A program made the position numbers and the translations under genes. 64,000 nucleotides of DNA from Vicinamibacteria bacterium (GTDB taxonomy: Bacteria; Acidobacteriota; Vicinamibacteria; Marinacidobacterales; Marinacidobacteraceae). A model generated the notes under the pieces. The model worked only from the letters and a program-made list of their open reading frames with translations. It was not told where the DNA came from and made no database searches. The DNA lies in contig OZ219815.1 of the NCBI GenBank assembly GCA_964291235.2, positions 480,001-544,000 of the forward strand, given 5' to 3'. Positions 55,616 to 64,000 of this stretch are shown here, piece by piece; within the stretch, counting starts at the first letter, position 1, and every line of letters begins with the position of its first letter.

Positions 55616-56243
55616 ACTGGCGGCGGCCCTCGCCGCCGGGCTGCTGATCGCGGCGGCGGCGAGCGCCGCCCAGCCGCCGGCGCGGGAAACCCAAACGCCG
55701 GCGCGGGAAACCCGGTCGCCGGCCGCGAAAACCCAGCCGCCGGCACGGGAAGCCCCTCTTTCGCTGGTCGAAGCGGCGCGGCGCAACCGGGCCCGCATCG
55801 AGGCGCTCCGCGAACGCGACGGGGCCGCCCCCGTCTTCACCGACAGCGAGCTCCGCCCCGGGGGGCGGGCGGCGACGGCCCCGCCACCGGATGCGCCGGA
55901 CCGGAATCCGGAGGGCTACGACCTCCCCATCCGGGAACCGGCGCCGGATCCCGACCGCGTGATCGATCCCACCGAGGGCGAGGGGGATGCCGATCCCGAG
56001 GCGGTTCGCGCGCGGGCGGCCGACCGGCTGCGGGAGATCGCCGCGCGGGAAACCGAGATCCGGGAACGCCTGCTGGACATCGAGGCGTCGCTCGCCGCGA
56101 TCGGGGCCAGCGGACTGCCGGCCGCGCCGCGCAACCCGACCAGCTTCCAGAGCCCCCTCGACGCCAGCCGTCTCCGCTCCGAACAGGAAGACCTCCGGCA
56201 GGAACTCGACGCCCTCGCCGTCGAACGCCGCATCCTGCGATAG
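55518..56243 (+). CDS. Hypothetical exported coiled-coil protein (true start uncertain, probably near 55600)
   Basis: Hydrophobic signal-like LAAALAAGLLIAAAASAAQ, SLVEAARR...PVFTDSEL motif, C-terminal coiled coil. Confidence 0.55.
   Translation: MSRVPSVPRCSTRSTGCRRTSSATASAIRSKPELAAALAAGLLIAAAASAAQPPARETQTPARETRSPAAKTQPPAREAPLSLVEAARRNRARIEALRERDGAAPVFTDSELRPGGRAATAPPPDAPDRNPEGYDLPIREPAPDPDRVIDPTEGEGDADPEAVRARAADRLREIAARETEIRERLLDIEASLAAIGASGLPAAPRNPTSFQSPLDASRLRSEQEDLRQELDALAVERRILR
55671..55754 (+). repeat. Four imperfect 21-bp tandem repeats encoding QPPARET-like heptapeptides
   Basis: Translation QPPARET-QTPARET-RSPAAKT-QPPAREA; DNA unit approximately CAGCCGCCGGCGCGGGAAACC. Confidence 0.75.
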
Positions 56244-56463
56244 GAGCGCCAGCCTCCGGCTGGCATCGCCGAGCACAGCGAGGCGAAACTCCCAGACTCA
56301 AACAGCCTCGACCGCGCCAACCCAAGCGGGGACGGCGCATCCCCGTACAAGCCCGGGACTGGCGCAGCGCCACACTGCTGGGCTGCCGCACCATCCAGGA
56401 AGGTTGACGACGGGAGTTTCGCTCCACTCCGCGGAGCGATGCCGGCCAGAGGCCGGCGCTCCT
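56242..56463. mobile_element. REPIN/MITE-like element, copy 2
   Basis: Arms AGGAGCGCCAGCCTCCGGCTGGCATCGCC...GCGAAACTCCC and GGGAGTTTCGC...GCGATGCCGGCCAGAGGCCGGCGCTCCT. The core is homologous to the reverse complement of the copy-1 core. Begins at the upstream gene's TAG. Confidence 0.8.
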
Positions 56464-56537
56464 GGCGCCAACCCAAGCGGGGGGCGGGCGGGGGCTATCG
56501 CGGCCGCCGGGAAACCGGCTGGACGCCCGGACTCGGT

Positions 56538-58502
56538 CTACTGGGGTCTCGCGAACGCGACGAGCGCCGCCTCCGACCCGGAACCCGTCGCGATGACGAC
56601 GAACTGCCGTCCGGACCGGGCGCGGTAGGTCATGGGGTTCGCGTTCGTCGGAAACGGCGTTGCCCCGCGCCAGATCTCAACGCCCGTCGCGCTGTCGAAC
56701 GCATACAGATACGGGGCGCCGCCCCCGAGGAACACGAGGCCTCCCTTCGTCGCCAGCGGGCCGGAGTTTCCGCGCGTGCCCAGCCGCTCCGGGAGATCGA
56801 CTCCGCGCAGCAACGGGTGTTCGCGCAGGGCGCGGCTCCCCTCGCCGAAGGGCGCCCGCCACGCGATCTCGCCAACATTCAAATCGATCGCCACCAGTTG
56901 CGCGTAGGGAGGCTTGATGAGCGGTATCGGGCCGAGCTTGCGCTCCGGGGTCTGCGCGGCTCCCGGTCTCTCGGCGGCGCCCCGATACATGATCAGCGTG
57001 GCGCCGAAGGGACAGTTGTTGCTGTACTCGACGTCGACCTCGGCATCGTCGCCGGCATTCACGCACACCTGGTTCGTGTCGGCTTCCTCTGTGGTCCGCA
57101 CGTAGAGGAGTCCGGTCTCGGGGTCAAAAGCCGCCCCTCCCCAGTTCGCGCCGCCGCTCGAGCCGGGGCTCTGAAGCGTTCCCCGCAGGCTCGGTGGCGT
57201 GAAGAGCGGACCCAGGCGGAACTGCTGCATTTCCTCCACCGCCAACGCGTGGATCTCCGGGGTCAGGTCGTTGGCATCCCCAAGCGACACCCCCTGCCTG
57301 CCGATGGGCGGAGGTTTGGTCGGGAAGGGCTGCGTCGGATACAGGACCTCCCCGGGCACATCCGTCGTCGTGTCCACGGCACGTTCCTCGATCGGCCACA
57401 CCGGCTCTCCCGTCACCCGGTCGAACACGAACGTGAAACCGTGCTTCGACACCTGGGCCACCGCGTCGATCTCCCGCCCATCCACCGTGATCGTCACCAG
57501 GTTCGGCGCCGCGGCCAGGTCGTAGTCCCACACGCCGTGGTGCACCGCCTGGAAGTGCCACTGCCGCTCGCCCGTGCGGGCGTCGAGGCACACCAGCGAC
57601 TCGGCGAAGAGGTTCGCTCCCAACCGGCGTCCGCCCCAATAGTCGCTGCTCGGGGTGCTCGTCGGCGCGTACAACAGTCCGCGCTCGGCATCGAGCGACA
57701 TCAACCCCCACACGTTGGCGTGGCCCGTATAGCGCCACGACTCGTCCTCCCAGGTGTCCGCACCGACCGCGTCGTTCGATTGCGGGATCGTGAAGAAGAC
57801 CCAGCGCCGCTCGCCCGTGCGTGCATCGAACGCCTGCACGGTCCCGGGGGTATCGAACTTTCGCTGCAGCTTGTCGGGTACGCGACTCCCCACGATCACC
57901 AGGTCCTCGAACACCACCGGCGGTGAGGTCTGGTCGAACTCGTAGCGGGTCACCGGCCGGCCGTGGCCCTCGGTCAGCAAGACGCTCCCGCTCTCGCCGA
58001 AGCGCGTGTCCAGCCAGCCGTTCGTGGCGTCGATCGAATAGAGCCGGTCGCGGCTGTTCAGGAAGATGCGGGAACCGCTCCCGTCACTCCAGTAGGCGAC
58101 ACCGCGGTGCTTGAAGCCCCGCGGCCCCACACCCCTGGGCCCACCCTCGTAGGCCTTGGGATCGAAGACCCAGAGCTCCGCGCCCGTTTCCGCATCGAGC
58201 GCCGCCACGCGCGTGTACATGGTGGAGAGGTAGAGGACGTTGCCGATCATGAGGGGCGTTGCCTGGAACGGGCCGGGCCGGGTTCCGTACTCCTCCAGGG
58301 GCTCCTCGTTCGGCTCCCATTGCCAAACGAGCTCGAGTTCGCCGACGTTCGCGGCCGTGATCTCCTCAGCCGCGGAGTACTTGGTGTGCGCCTGCCCGGA
58401 ACCGACGTAAGGCCATTCGATGAGGCTGCCCGGTTCCTGGCACCCCGGAGCGGCGATGCACAAAAGGGCAGCGGCCGCAACGGGTCGGCTCAGCGAAGAC
58501 AT
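56538..58502 (-). CDS. PQQ-dependent dehydrogenase (glucose/quinate/shikimate-like, soluble or lipoprotein form)
   Basis: FQATPL, HRGVAYW, TSPP, GHANVW, NLFAESLVCLDARTG..WHFQAVHHGVWDYD, GGANWGG, ANPMTY. Confidence 0.92.
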   Translation of the reverse strand: MSSLSRPVAAAALLCIAAPGCQEPGSLIEWPYVGSGQAHTKYSAAEEITAANVGELELVWQWEPNEEPLEEYGTRPGPFQATPLMIGNVLYLSTMYTRVAALDAETGAELWVFDPKAYEGGPRGVGPRGFKHRGVAYWSDGSGSRIFLNSRDRLYSIDATNGWLDTRFGESGSVLLTEGHGRPVTRYEFDQTSPPVVFEDLVIVGSRVPDKLQRKFDTPGTVQAFDARTGERRWVFFTIPQSNDAVGADTWEDESWRYTGHANVWGLMSLDAERGLLYAPTSTPSSDYWGGRRLGANLFAESLVCLDARTGERQWHFQAVHHGVWDYDLAAAPNLVTITVDGREIDAVAQVSKHGFTFVFDRVTGEPVWPIEERAVDTTTDVPGEVLYPTQPFPTKPPPIGRQGVSLGDANDLTPEIHALAVEEMQQFRLGPLFTPPSLRGTLQSPGSSGGANWGGAAFDPETGLLYVRTTEEADTNQVCVNAGDDAEVDVEYSNNCPFGATLIMYRGAAERPGAAQTPERKLGPIPLIKPPYAQLVAIDLNVGEIAWRAPFGEGSRALREHPLLRGVDLPERLGTRGNSGPLATKGGLVFLGGGAPYLYAFDSATGVEIWRGATPFPTNANPMTYRARSGRQFVVIATGSGSEAALVAFARPQ

Positions 58503-58522
58503 CAACAGAGTGGGCCGAGCCC

Positions 58523-59014
58523 CTACGCCCCCACCTCGAACTCCACGCCGAACCGCTCGCCGTAGTCCACGAACTGGGTCGGGTTCGGGTCCACGTTCAG
58601 GATCACGAAGCTCGCACCGGGCGGCTCCAGGAGGTAGCGGTCGAGGGAGTGCCAGGTTCCGGTCTTGTAGGCGTATCCCTTCCCCGGATCGATCAGGAAG
58701 GCCCGCACCTCCTCGGGTTGCGGAATCGCGTCGGCATCGTCGAGGTCGGTGGGCGGCGCCACCGCGACCACTGCCGGCGAACCTCCCAGCGGAATGAACG
58801 CCTGGGTCACCGCGAAGTGGCGTTCGAGGAGACGGAACCGCTTCTCCCCGAGCGGCTGCCAGATGACGTCCACCGTCGTGCGGCCATCGACCCGGAAATC
58901 CACCGGGAAGAACTGCCGGGCGTCCGCCGGCCGCTCGCGCGCCTCGATCACCTCGCCGAACGGGGCGAAGGACTCGGCGGTCATGGGTTCAACGGGAAGT
59001 CGGACGATTCTCAT
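58523..59014 (-). CDS. Ureidoglycolate lyase (AllA)-like cupin
   Basis: EPMTAESFAPFGEVI, LERHFAVTQAFIPL, VRAFLI..GKG..Y..GTWHS. Confidence 0.8.
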   Translation of the reverse strand: MRIVRLPVEPMTAESFAPFGEVIEARERPADARQFFPVDFRVDGRTTVDVIWQPLGEKRFRLLERHFAVTQAFIPLGGSPAVVAVAPPTDLDDADAIPQPEEVRAFLIDPGKGYAYKTGTWHSLDRYLLEPPGASFVILNVDPNPTQFVDYGERFGVEFEVGA

Positions 59015-59021
59015 GGTGACC

Positions 59022-60428
59022 TCAGAACGGGCCAAGCTGTATGTGCTGGGCGATGACGAGGCCGCCGATCGCCACCAGGAGAATGATCCCGAACAGCGGC
59101 AGGTAGTAGCGGATCCACCGCACGAGGCCGACGCGCGCCATGACGAGCGTCGCCATGAAGTAGCCCGACGTTGGAAAGATCACGTTCGTGATTCCGTCGC
59201 CCCACTGGGTGGCGAGCACCACGACCTGCCGGGTGACTCCGGCGAGGTCCGCGACCGGCACCAGGATCGGCAGGGTGATGAGCGCCTGCCCGCTCCCCGA
59301 CGGGACGAGGAAGTTGAAAGCCGTCTGGCCGACGAGAACCCCGACGGCGGTGAGCGCCGGCGGCAGCGAGGAAACGAGCAGGGCGGCTCCGTAAACCACC
59401 GTATCCATGACCATCCCCTCGGTCATCACCACCGAAACGCCCCGGGCAACCCCGCACACCAGGGCGCCGACCAGTATCTCCCGGAACGAGTCGTTGAAAT
59501 CGGCACAGATCTGGTTCGGCCCCCGCCCCGCCAGCAACGAGACGACCACCGCCATGGCGACGAAGGCGCCCCCGATCTCCTCGAACCCGAGGCGAAAAAC
59601 GAGCACCGCAACGACGAACACCGCGAAGAGGCCGAGCGCCACGATGCCGGCCACTTTCTGGCGCCCGCTGAAGGAGCCCGGCCCGCTCTCCCTGGCGACC
59701 GCGGGAGCGGTCTCCCCGGGTTCACCGGTCCCGTTTCGCCGGGCGATCTCCCGCCGCGCCCGCCGCACCACGAAGATCGCCGCCGCCGTCTGGATGATCA
59801 GGAAGAAGACGAACCGGTACCCGGCCCCCGAAAACATCGGCAGGCCCGCGAGCATGTGCCCGATTCCCACCGTCGCCGGCACGGTGACCCCGAAGGCCGC
59901 GCCGAGGGTCGTCGGCAGGAGCGCCACCGCGGTTCCGGTAACTGGCCCGCATCCCATGCGCACGAGTAGCGGCTGCACGATCGGCAGGTAGGCGATGGAG
60001 AGCTCCGGCATCCCCACCACCCCGGAAACCGCGGAAAAGGCGAACATGAGCGCCGGGATCAGGAGTTCGACGCGCCGCCCGGTGGCGGCGGTCAACCGGT
60101 TCACACCGAGGTCCAGGATCCCGGCCCGCCGCATCACCCCCACGGAGCCCGCGACCAGAAACACGAGAAAGACCACGCTGGCCGCGTCGGCGAGCCCGTC
60201 GGGGATTGCGGTGACGACGTCCATGAACCCCGCCGGCGACCGTTCGACCACCTGATAGGACCCCGGCACCACCGCCTCCCGCCCGTCGGGGAGCACCGTC
60301 CGCTCGTAGCGGCCCGCCGGGATGATCCAGGTGAGGAGCGCCGCGACCGCGATCAGCGCGGACAGGACGATGTAGATATCGAGCCCGCGGTGCCCCTCAG
60401 GCTGACGACCGGACTCCGGGAGTCCCAT
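59022..60428 (-). CDS. YfcC family / C4-dicarboxylate anaerobic carrier-like transporter
   Basis: LTWIIPAGRYER, PMFSGAGYR, VPSGSGQA..T.PIL.P.ADL, QWGDGITN...PTSG. Confidence 0.88.
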   Translation of the reverse strand: MGLPESGRQPEGHRGLDIYIVLSALIAVAALLTWIIPAGRYERTVLPDGREAVVPGSYQVVERSPAGFMDVVTAIPDGLADAASVVFLVFLVAGSVGVMRRAGILDLGVNRLTAATGRRVELLIPALMFAFSAVSGVVGMPELSIAYLPIVQPLLVRMGCGPVTGTAVALLPTTLGAAFGVTVPATVGIGHMLAGLPMFSGAGYRFVFFLIIQTAAAIFVVRRARREIARRNGTGEPGETAPAVARESGPGSFSGRQKVAGIVALGLFAVFVVAVLVFRLGFEEIGGAFVAMAVVVSLLAGRGPNQICADFNDSFREILVGALVCGVARGVSVVMTEGMVMDTVVYGAALLVSSLPPALTAVGVLVGQTAFNFLVPSGSGQALITLPILVPVADLAGVTRQVVVLATQWGDGITNVIFPTSGYFMATLVMARVGLVRWIRYYLPLFGIILLVAIGGLVIAQHIQLGPF

Positions 60429-60478
60429 GCCGCAAGGGTACGGCCTGCCGCATTGGCGGAATCAGCGGCGCGACAGGA

Positions 60479-60507
60479 TGGAAACGCCGAACTTCAATTC
60501 GGCATCC
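60479..60507. repeat. Solo REP-like palindrome of a second type
   Basis: GGAAACGCCGAACTTCAATTCGGCATCC: GCCGAA...TTCGGC stem in intergenic DNA. Confidence 0.35.
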
Positions 60508-60565
60508 GGCATGGAGGACCGCAGCGACGCGCGGAAAGGAACGCCGGGACCGAGGGGGTCGCTGA

Positions 60566-61042
60566 CTACTCCTGCAACGGCCCCGTCATCCAGTCCAGAA
60601 AAGCGCGGATCTGCGAATCGAAATCATCGAGGGCTTCCGGCAGCCGCTCCTCCAACCGCGCTACGCGCTCGACGTCGAGTTCGTCGCCGTAGATGTTCCG
60701 AAACAAGTGTCGGAAGCCGAGAAACTCACGTAACTCGGTCTCCAGCTCGGGAGTGATGACCCGGGGGCGCACTCCGTCTATCCGAAGGGTCATGGAACGG
60801 ATGAGCTGCTGATGCCAGGTATCGCCACGTGGCGGGCCACCGTCGAGTTCGTCGGCGATCCGGCCGAAAATCCGTTCCACGCCGTTGTACAGGTCGTGCA
60901 GAATGGAACCGCGAGCCCGGACAGCGTACGGGTCGTCGCTGCGGGGCGCTCCGGCGGCGTCCCGGCGCAGCCGGGCAAGCCGCCCCAACTCGTGCTCGAT
61001 TTCTGCGCGGAGGCGCCTCACCACGGCTTCTTCGGGGCTCAC
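60566..61042 (-). CDS. hepT: HepT-like (HEPN/DUF86-type) ribonuclease toxin
   Basis: LHDLYNGVERIF.RIA..LDG..P.G..WH..L, EFLGFRHLFRNIYG.ELD. Confidence 0.85.
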   Translation of the reverse strand: MSPEEAVVRRLRAEIEHELGRLARLRRDAAGAPRSDDPYAVRARGSILHDLYNGVERIFGRIADELDGGPPRGDTWHQQLIRSMTLRIDGVRPRVITPELETELREFLGFRHLFRNIYGDELDVERVARLEERLPEALDDFDSQIRAFLDWMTGPLQE

Positions 61043-61374
61043 AGGGGCACCCCTTCCTTCCGTACGGATTCGCGCATGTAGTCCAGCGCCGTCTCCAGGG
61101 AGAGGAGGTCGAGCGGGAAGGGAGTCATCTCCCTGGCTCGCGCCAGCGCGCCGAAGTAGCGGCCGGGCGGGAGTCCTTCCACGGCTACGTCCAGATCCGA
61201 ACCCGGGGTGAACCGCCGGTCCGGCGCGAACGCGGAGCCGAAGCCGATGACCCGCCGCGCGCCTTCGGTGCGCAGGAAGGCTGCGATCCGGCGGGCGTCG
61301 GACTGCGCGCGCTCCCGTCCCGCCGGCGAGAAACGCGTGCGGCGGAGGTGTTCCAGCATGACCTCACGATCCAT
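61039..61374 (-). CDS. mntA: MntA-like minimal nucleotidyltransferase antitoxin
   Basis: FGSAFAPDRRFTPGSDLDVAVEGL (GS-x-DxD motif); GTGA overlap with hepT. Confidence 0.87.
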   Translation of the reverse strand: MDREVMLEHLRRTRFSPAGRERAQSDARRIAAFLRTEGARRVIGFGSAFAPDRRFTPGSDLDVAVEGLPPGRYFGALARAREMTPFPLDLLSLETALDYMRESVRKEGVPL

Positions 61375-61485
61375 GCCCGCAGTCTATCGGGGGAAGACGG
61401 CCGCTCGGATCACCGTAGCCAGCCGCGCGGTGCAGGCATGGACGGCGCCCTCCCGGCGCTCTTGCAGCCCCTCGCCGGCGCGGCG

Positions 61486-63417
61486 TCAGGGGCCAACCGA
61501 AGGGACGATCCGCAACAACAGAGCGCCGGCGGGGACCGCTTTCCCGGCTTGTCCGCCGACATCGCCGAGGGTGCCGCCGACCGGCGCCCGGATCTCCCAG
61601 TGCATTTTCATCGACTCGATCACGGCGACCACCTCGCCTTCTTCGACGCCGGTGCCGGCGTCCAGGATCCGGATCAACTGGCCGGCGAGCGGGGCGCGAA
61701 CCTCGCCGGAATCGCCGCGCACCGCGGCCTTTTCACCCCCTCCGGCGAGCGGCAGGATCAGCGTCTCGCCGCCCACGGTGAGCGCCAACTCGCGCGCGCC
61801 GGCAAGCGGCGTCGCGGTAATCGCCAGCTCTTCGCCGGCTCCGGTAGCCCGCACCGGGGGACCGCACAACACCACTTCGCCGGGGCGGCTTCCGGGCTCC
61901 ACCCGCGGGAAGTCCGCCGCGTCGCCGAGCGACGAAAAGACCTGCGCGCCCTCCGTCGCTCGCCGGCCAAGGGCGGCCGCCGCGAGTGCCTCGGCAATCC
62001 GGTCGCGCCTCAGGAACTCCTCGAGCGGGGCGGGCAGCCGGGACGCCACCAGCTCTTCGACCCGCTCCTCGACCCATCCGGTGTGGGCATTTCCCCGGAG
62101 GAACTCCGGATGCCGGAGAATCGAGATCAACAAGGAGACGTTCGTCTCCACCCCGTGCAGGACCGTGTCTTCGAGCGCCGCGGCCAACCGGGAGGCGGCA
62201 CCGGGCACATCCTTCCCCCGGGCGATGACCTTGGCCACCAGGGAATCGAATCCCGGAGGAACGGCAGCGCCCTCGACCACCCCCGAGTCCACGCGGATGC
62301 TCTCGCCCTCCGGCTCGCGGTAGCGGCGGAGTCGTCCGGGGCTCGGAGCGAACCCGTTTCCGGGTGATTCGGCGAGGACCCGAACCTCCATGGCCGCCCC
62401 CCGGGGCGTGAGGGGCTGAAACGCCTCCGGCCGGGACACCGGCCGCGGCAGCGAATCGGGCCAACCACCGCTCGCGAGCGACAACTGCGCGTCCACCAGG
62501 TCCACGCCGTACACCTCCTCGGTCACCGGGTGCTCGACCTGCAGGCGGGTGTTCACTTCGAGGAAGAAGAAGGCGCCGTCCCGGTCCAACAGGAATTCCA
62601 CCGTCCCCGCGCCCCGGTAGCGGCTAAGGGTCACCAGCCGGAGGGCCGCCTCCCCCATCCGGGCCCGCAAGTCCGCCGAGATTCCGAAACCGGGAGCCCA
62701 CTCCACCAGCTTCTGGCGGCGGCGCTGCACCGAACACTCGCGCTCGCCGAGATGGATTCCGCCGCCCCTGCCGTCGCCGAAGACCTGAATCTCGACGTGC
62801 CGGGGCTGGTCCAGCCACCGTTCCACGAACACCCGGCCGTCGCCGAAGGCCGCCTCGGCTTCGGCTGACGCCACCGCCAGCGCCCCGGCGAGGTCCTCCG
62901 GGCGGCGCACGACGCGGATGCCGATGCCTCCGCCGCCCGCGGCGGCCTTGACGGCCGAGGGGAATTCGAGCCCGGCCCGCACCGCCGCGCGCCCCGGGTC
63001 CCCGGCGGCGCCCAGTTCCTCCGAGGCCATCGAGGGGAGCACCGGAACTCCGACCGCGACCGCGGTCTGCCGCGCGGACTCCTTGTCGCCGAGCCGGCGC
63101 ATCGCCGCGGCGGTCGGTCCGACGAAACCGATGCCCGCACCTTCCACGGCGGCCGCGAAGGAGGGGCTCTCCGACAAGAAGCCGTATCCCGGATGCAGCA
63201 GGTCCGCCCGGAAGCGCTCCGCCGCTCCGATGACGGCCGGCCCATCCAGAAAGTCCGCAACTTCGATCACCTCATCGGCCTCCGCCCGCACCGGGGCTCC
63301 CCGATCGGTAACGGTCGAGACCACGGCCGTCCGGTAGCCGCGGGCGCGGGCGGAACGGAGAATCCGCCGGGCGATCTCGCCCCGGTTCGCGATCAGCAGC
63401 CGCGGAGCGGTGGACAC
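61486..63417 (-). CDS. Acyl-CoA carboxylase alpha subunit (biotin carboxylase + BCCP; methylcrotonyl-CoA carboxylase-like)
   Basis: LLIANRGEIA, HPGYGFLSE, KAAAGGGGIG, RHVEIQV, ERECSVQRRRQK, FLEVNTRLQVEHPVTE, biotinylation site ESMKM. Confidence 0.92.
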   Translation of the reverse strand: MSTAPRLLIANRGEIARRILRSARARGYRTAVVSTVTDRGAPVRAEADEVIEVADFLDGPAVIGAAERFRADLLHPGYGFLSESPSFAAAVEGAGIGFVGPTAAAMRRLGDKESARQTAVAVGVPVLPSMASEELGAAGDPGRAAVRAGLEFPSAVKAAAGGGGIGIRVVRRPEDLAGALAVASAEAEAAFGDGRVFVERWLDQPRHVEIQVFGDGRGGGIHLGERECSVQRRRQKLVEWAPGFGISADLRARMGEAALRLVTLSRYRGAGTVEFLLDRDGAFFFLEVNTRLQVEHPVTEEVYGVDLVDAQLSLASGGWPDSLPRPVSRPEAFQPLTPRGAAMEVRVLAESPGNGFAPSPGRLRRYREPEGESIRVDSGVVEGAAVPPGFDSLVAKVIARGKDVPGAASRLAAALEDTVLHGVETNVSLLISILRHPEFLRGNAHTGWVEERVEELVASRLPAPLEEFLRRDRIAEALAAAALGRRATEGAQVFSSLGDAADFPRVEPGSRPGEVVLCGPPVRATGAGEELAITATPLAGARELALTVGGETLILPLAGGGEKAAVRGDSGEVRAPLAGQLIRILDAGTGVEEGEVVAVIESMKMHWEIRAPVGGTLGDVGGQAGKAVPAGALLLRIVPSVGP

Positions 63418-63427
63418 GGCTCTCTTG

Positions 63428-64000
63428 TTACGGCGCCCAGGGAGGCGGCGTCTTGGCGAAGAACGCCGCCGTGCCCGCCTGCCCTTCGTCGGAGGCCCGC
63501 GCCGCCGCAATGGTGCGGATGGTCAGGTCCTCGATTTCGGGCGACGGCAGCGGCGCTTCCCGGAGCATCAGCGACTTGGCCTCGCGCACCGCCCGCGGCG
63601 CGCTCTCCAGATAACGCCGGAGGGTCTGTTCCAACACGTCTTCCAGCCCCCCCACCGGACTCAGCTCGTGGACGATTCCGGCGCCGAGGGCCACGAGGCC
63701 CCTTGCCACCGCGCCGCCCAGCAGGAAAGGCCCGGCGCGGCCCGGCCCCAGCCGGCGGACGACGTAGGGGGAGATGACCGCCGGGACGAGTCCCAGCCGC
63801 GCTTCCGGGGTTCCGAAACGGGCCGCTTCCTCCGCGACGACGTGATCGGCACACACCGCGAGTCCGAAACCGCCGCCGAGTGCCGCCCCCTGCACCGCCG
63901 CGATCACCGGAGCCGGAAAGGCGGCCACCGAGCGGAAGAGGGTCGCAAAGCGGCGGGCGTCCCGCCGGTTGTCGTCCTCGCTCGCCTGTCCCGACGCACG
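63428..64000 (-). CDS. Enoyl-CoA hydratase (methylglutaconyl-CoA hydratase-like), 5' end outside the window
   Basis: PVIAAVQGAALGGGFGLAVCAD, FGTPEARLGLVPAVISPYVV, EGQAG..AFF.K.PPPW; adjacent to the carboxylase. Confidence 0.88.
   Translation of the reverse strand, partial: RASGQASEDDNRRDARRFATLFRSVAAFPAPVIAAVQGAALGGGFGLAVCADHVVAEEAARFGTPEARLGLVPAVISPYVVRRLGPGRAGPFLLGGAVARGLVALGAGIVHELSPVGGLEDVLEQTLRRYLESAPRAVREAKSLMLREAPLPSPEIEDLTIRTIAAARASDEGQAGTAAFFAKTPPPWAP

Noticed and set aside
55671-55754. Possible mini CRISPR array
   Set aside because: These are contiguous in-frame 21-bp coding repeats with no spacers and no cas genes.

Overview
A GC-rich bacterial chromosome segment, most likely from an Acidobacteriota genome. 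This is inferred from the atpZ/atpI/atpB/atpE block sitting behind nuo membrane genes, plus a VWA protein, a Gld-like ABC cassette, an Oar-like TonB receptor, TPR-ASPIC and TPR-sulfatase proteins. About 50 CDSs are supportable. I found no rRNA, tRNA, CRISPR array, integrase or transposase. Highlights: (1) an mtnA ... tsaD ... RuBisCO-like protein cluster in which a form IV RLP with a variant KDDQ site is fused to a cupin resembling the methylthioxylulose-5-P methylsulfurylase, suggesting a single-polypeptide MTA-isoprenoid shunt; (2) a FitA-like ribbon-helix-helix antitoxin fused in frame to a PD-(D/E)xK-like nuclease instead of being paired with a PIN toxin; (3) a REP/REPIN-like family with two ~225-bp copies whose shared core is flipped relative to the arms, and a third arm translated as the C-terminus of an ABC ATPase; (4) a MITE inserted at the nuoL stop codon; (5) an uncharacterised exported Ig-like-repeat protein next to a Tat-exported, degenerate alkaline-phosphatase-fold protein. 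Several frameshifts, mostly at homopolymers, are probably sequencing errors. All family assignments come from recognising motifs by eye; no database searches were run.
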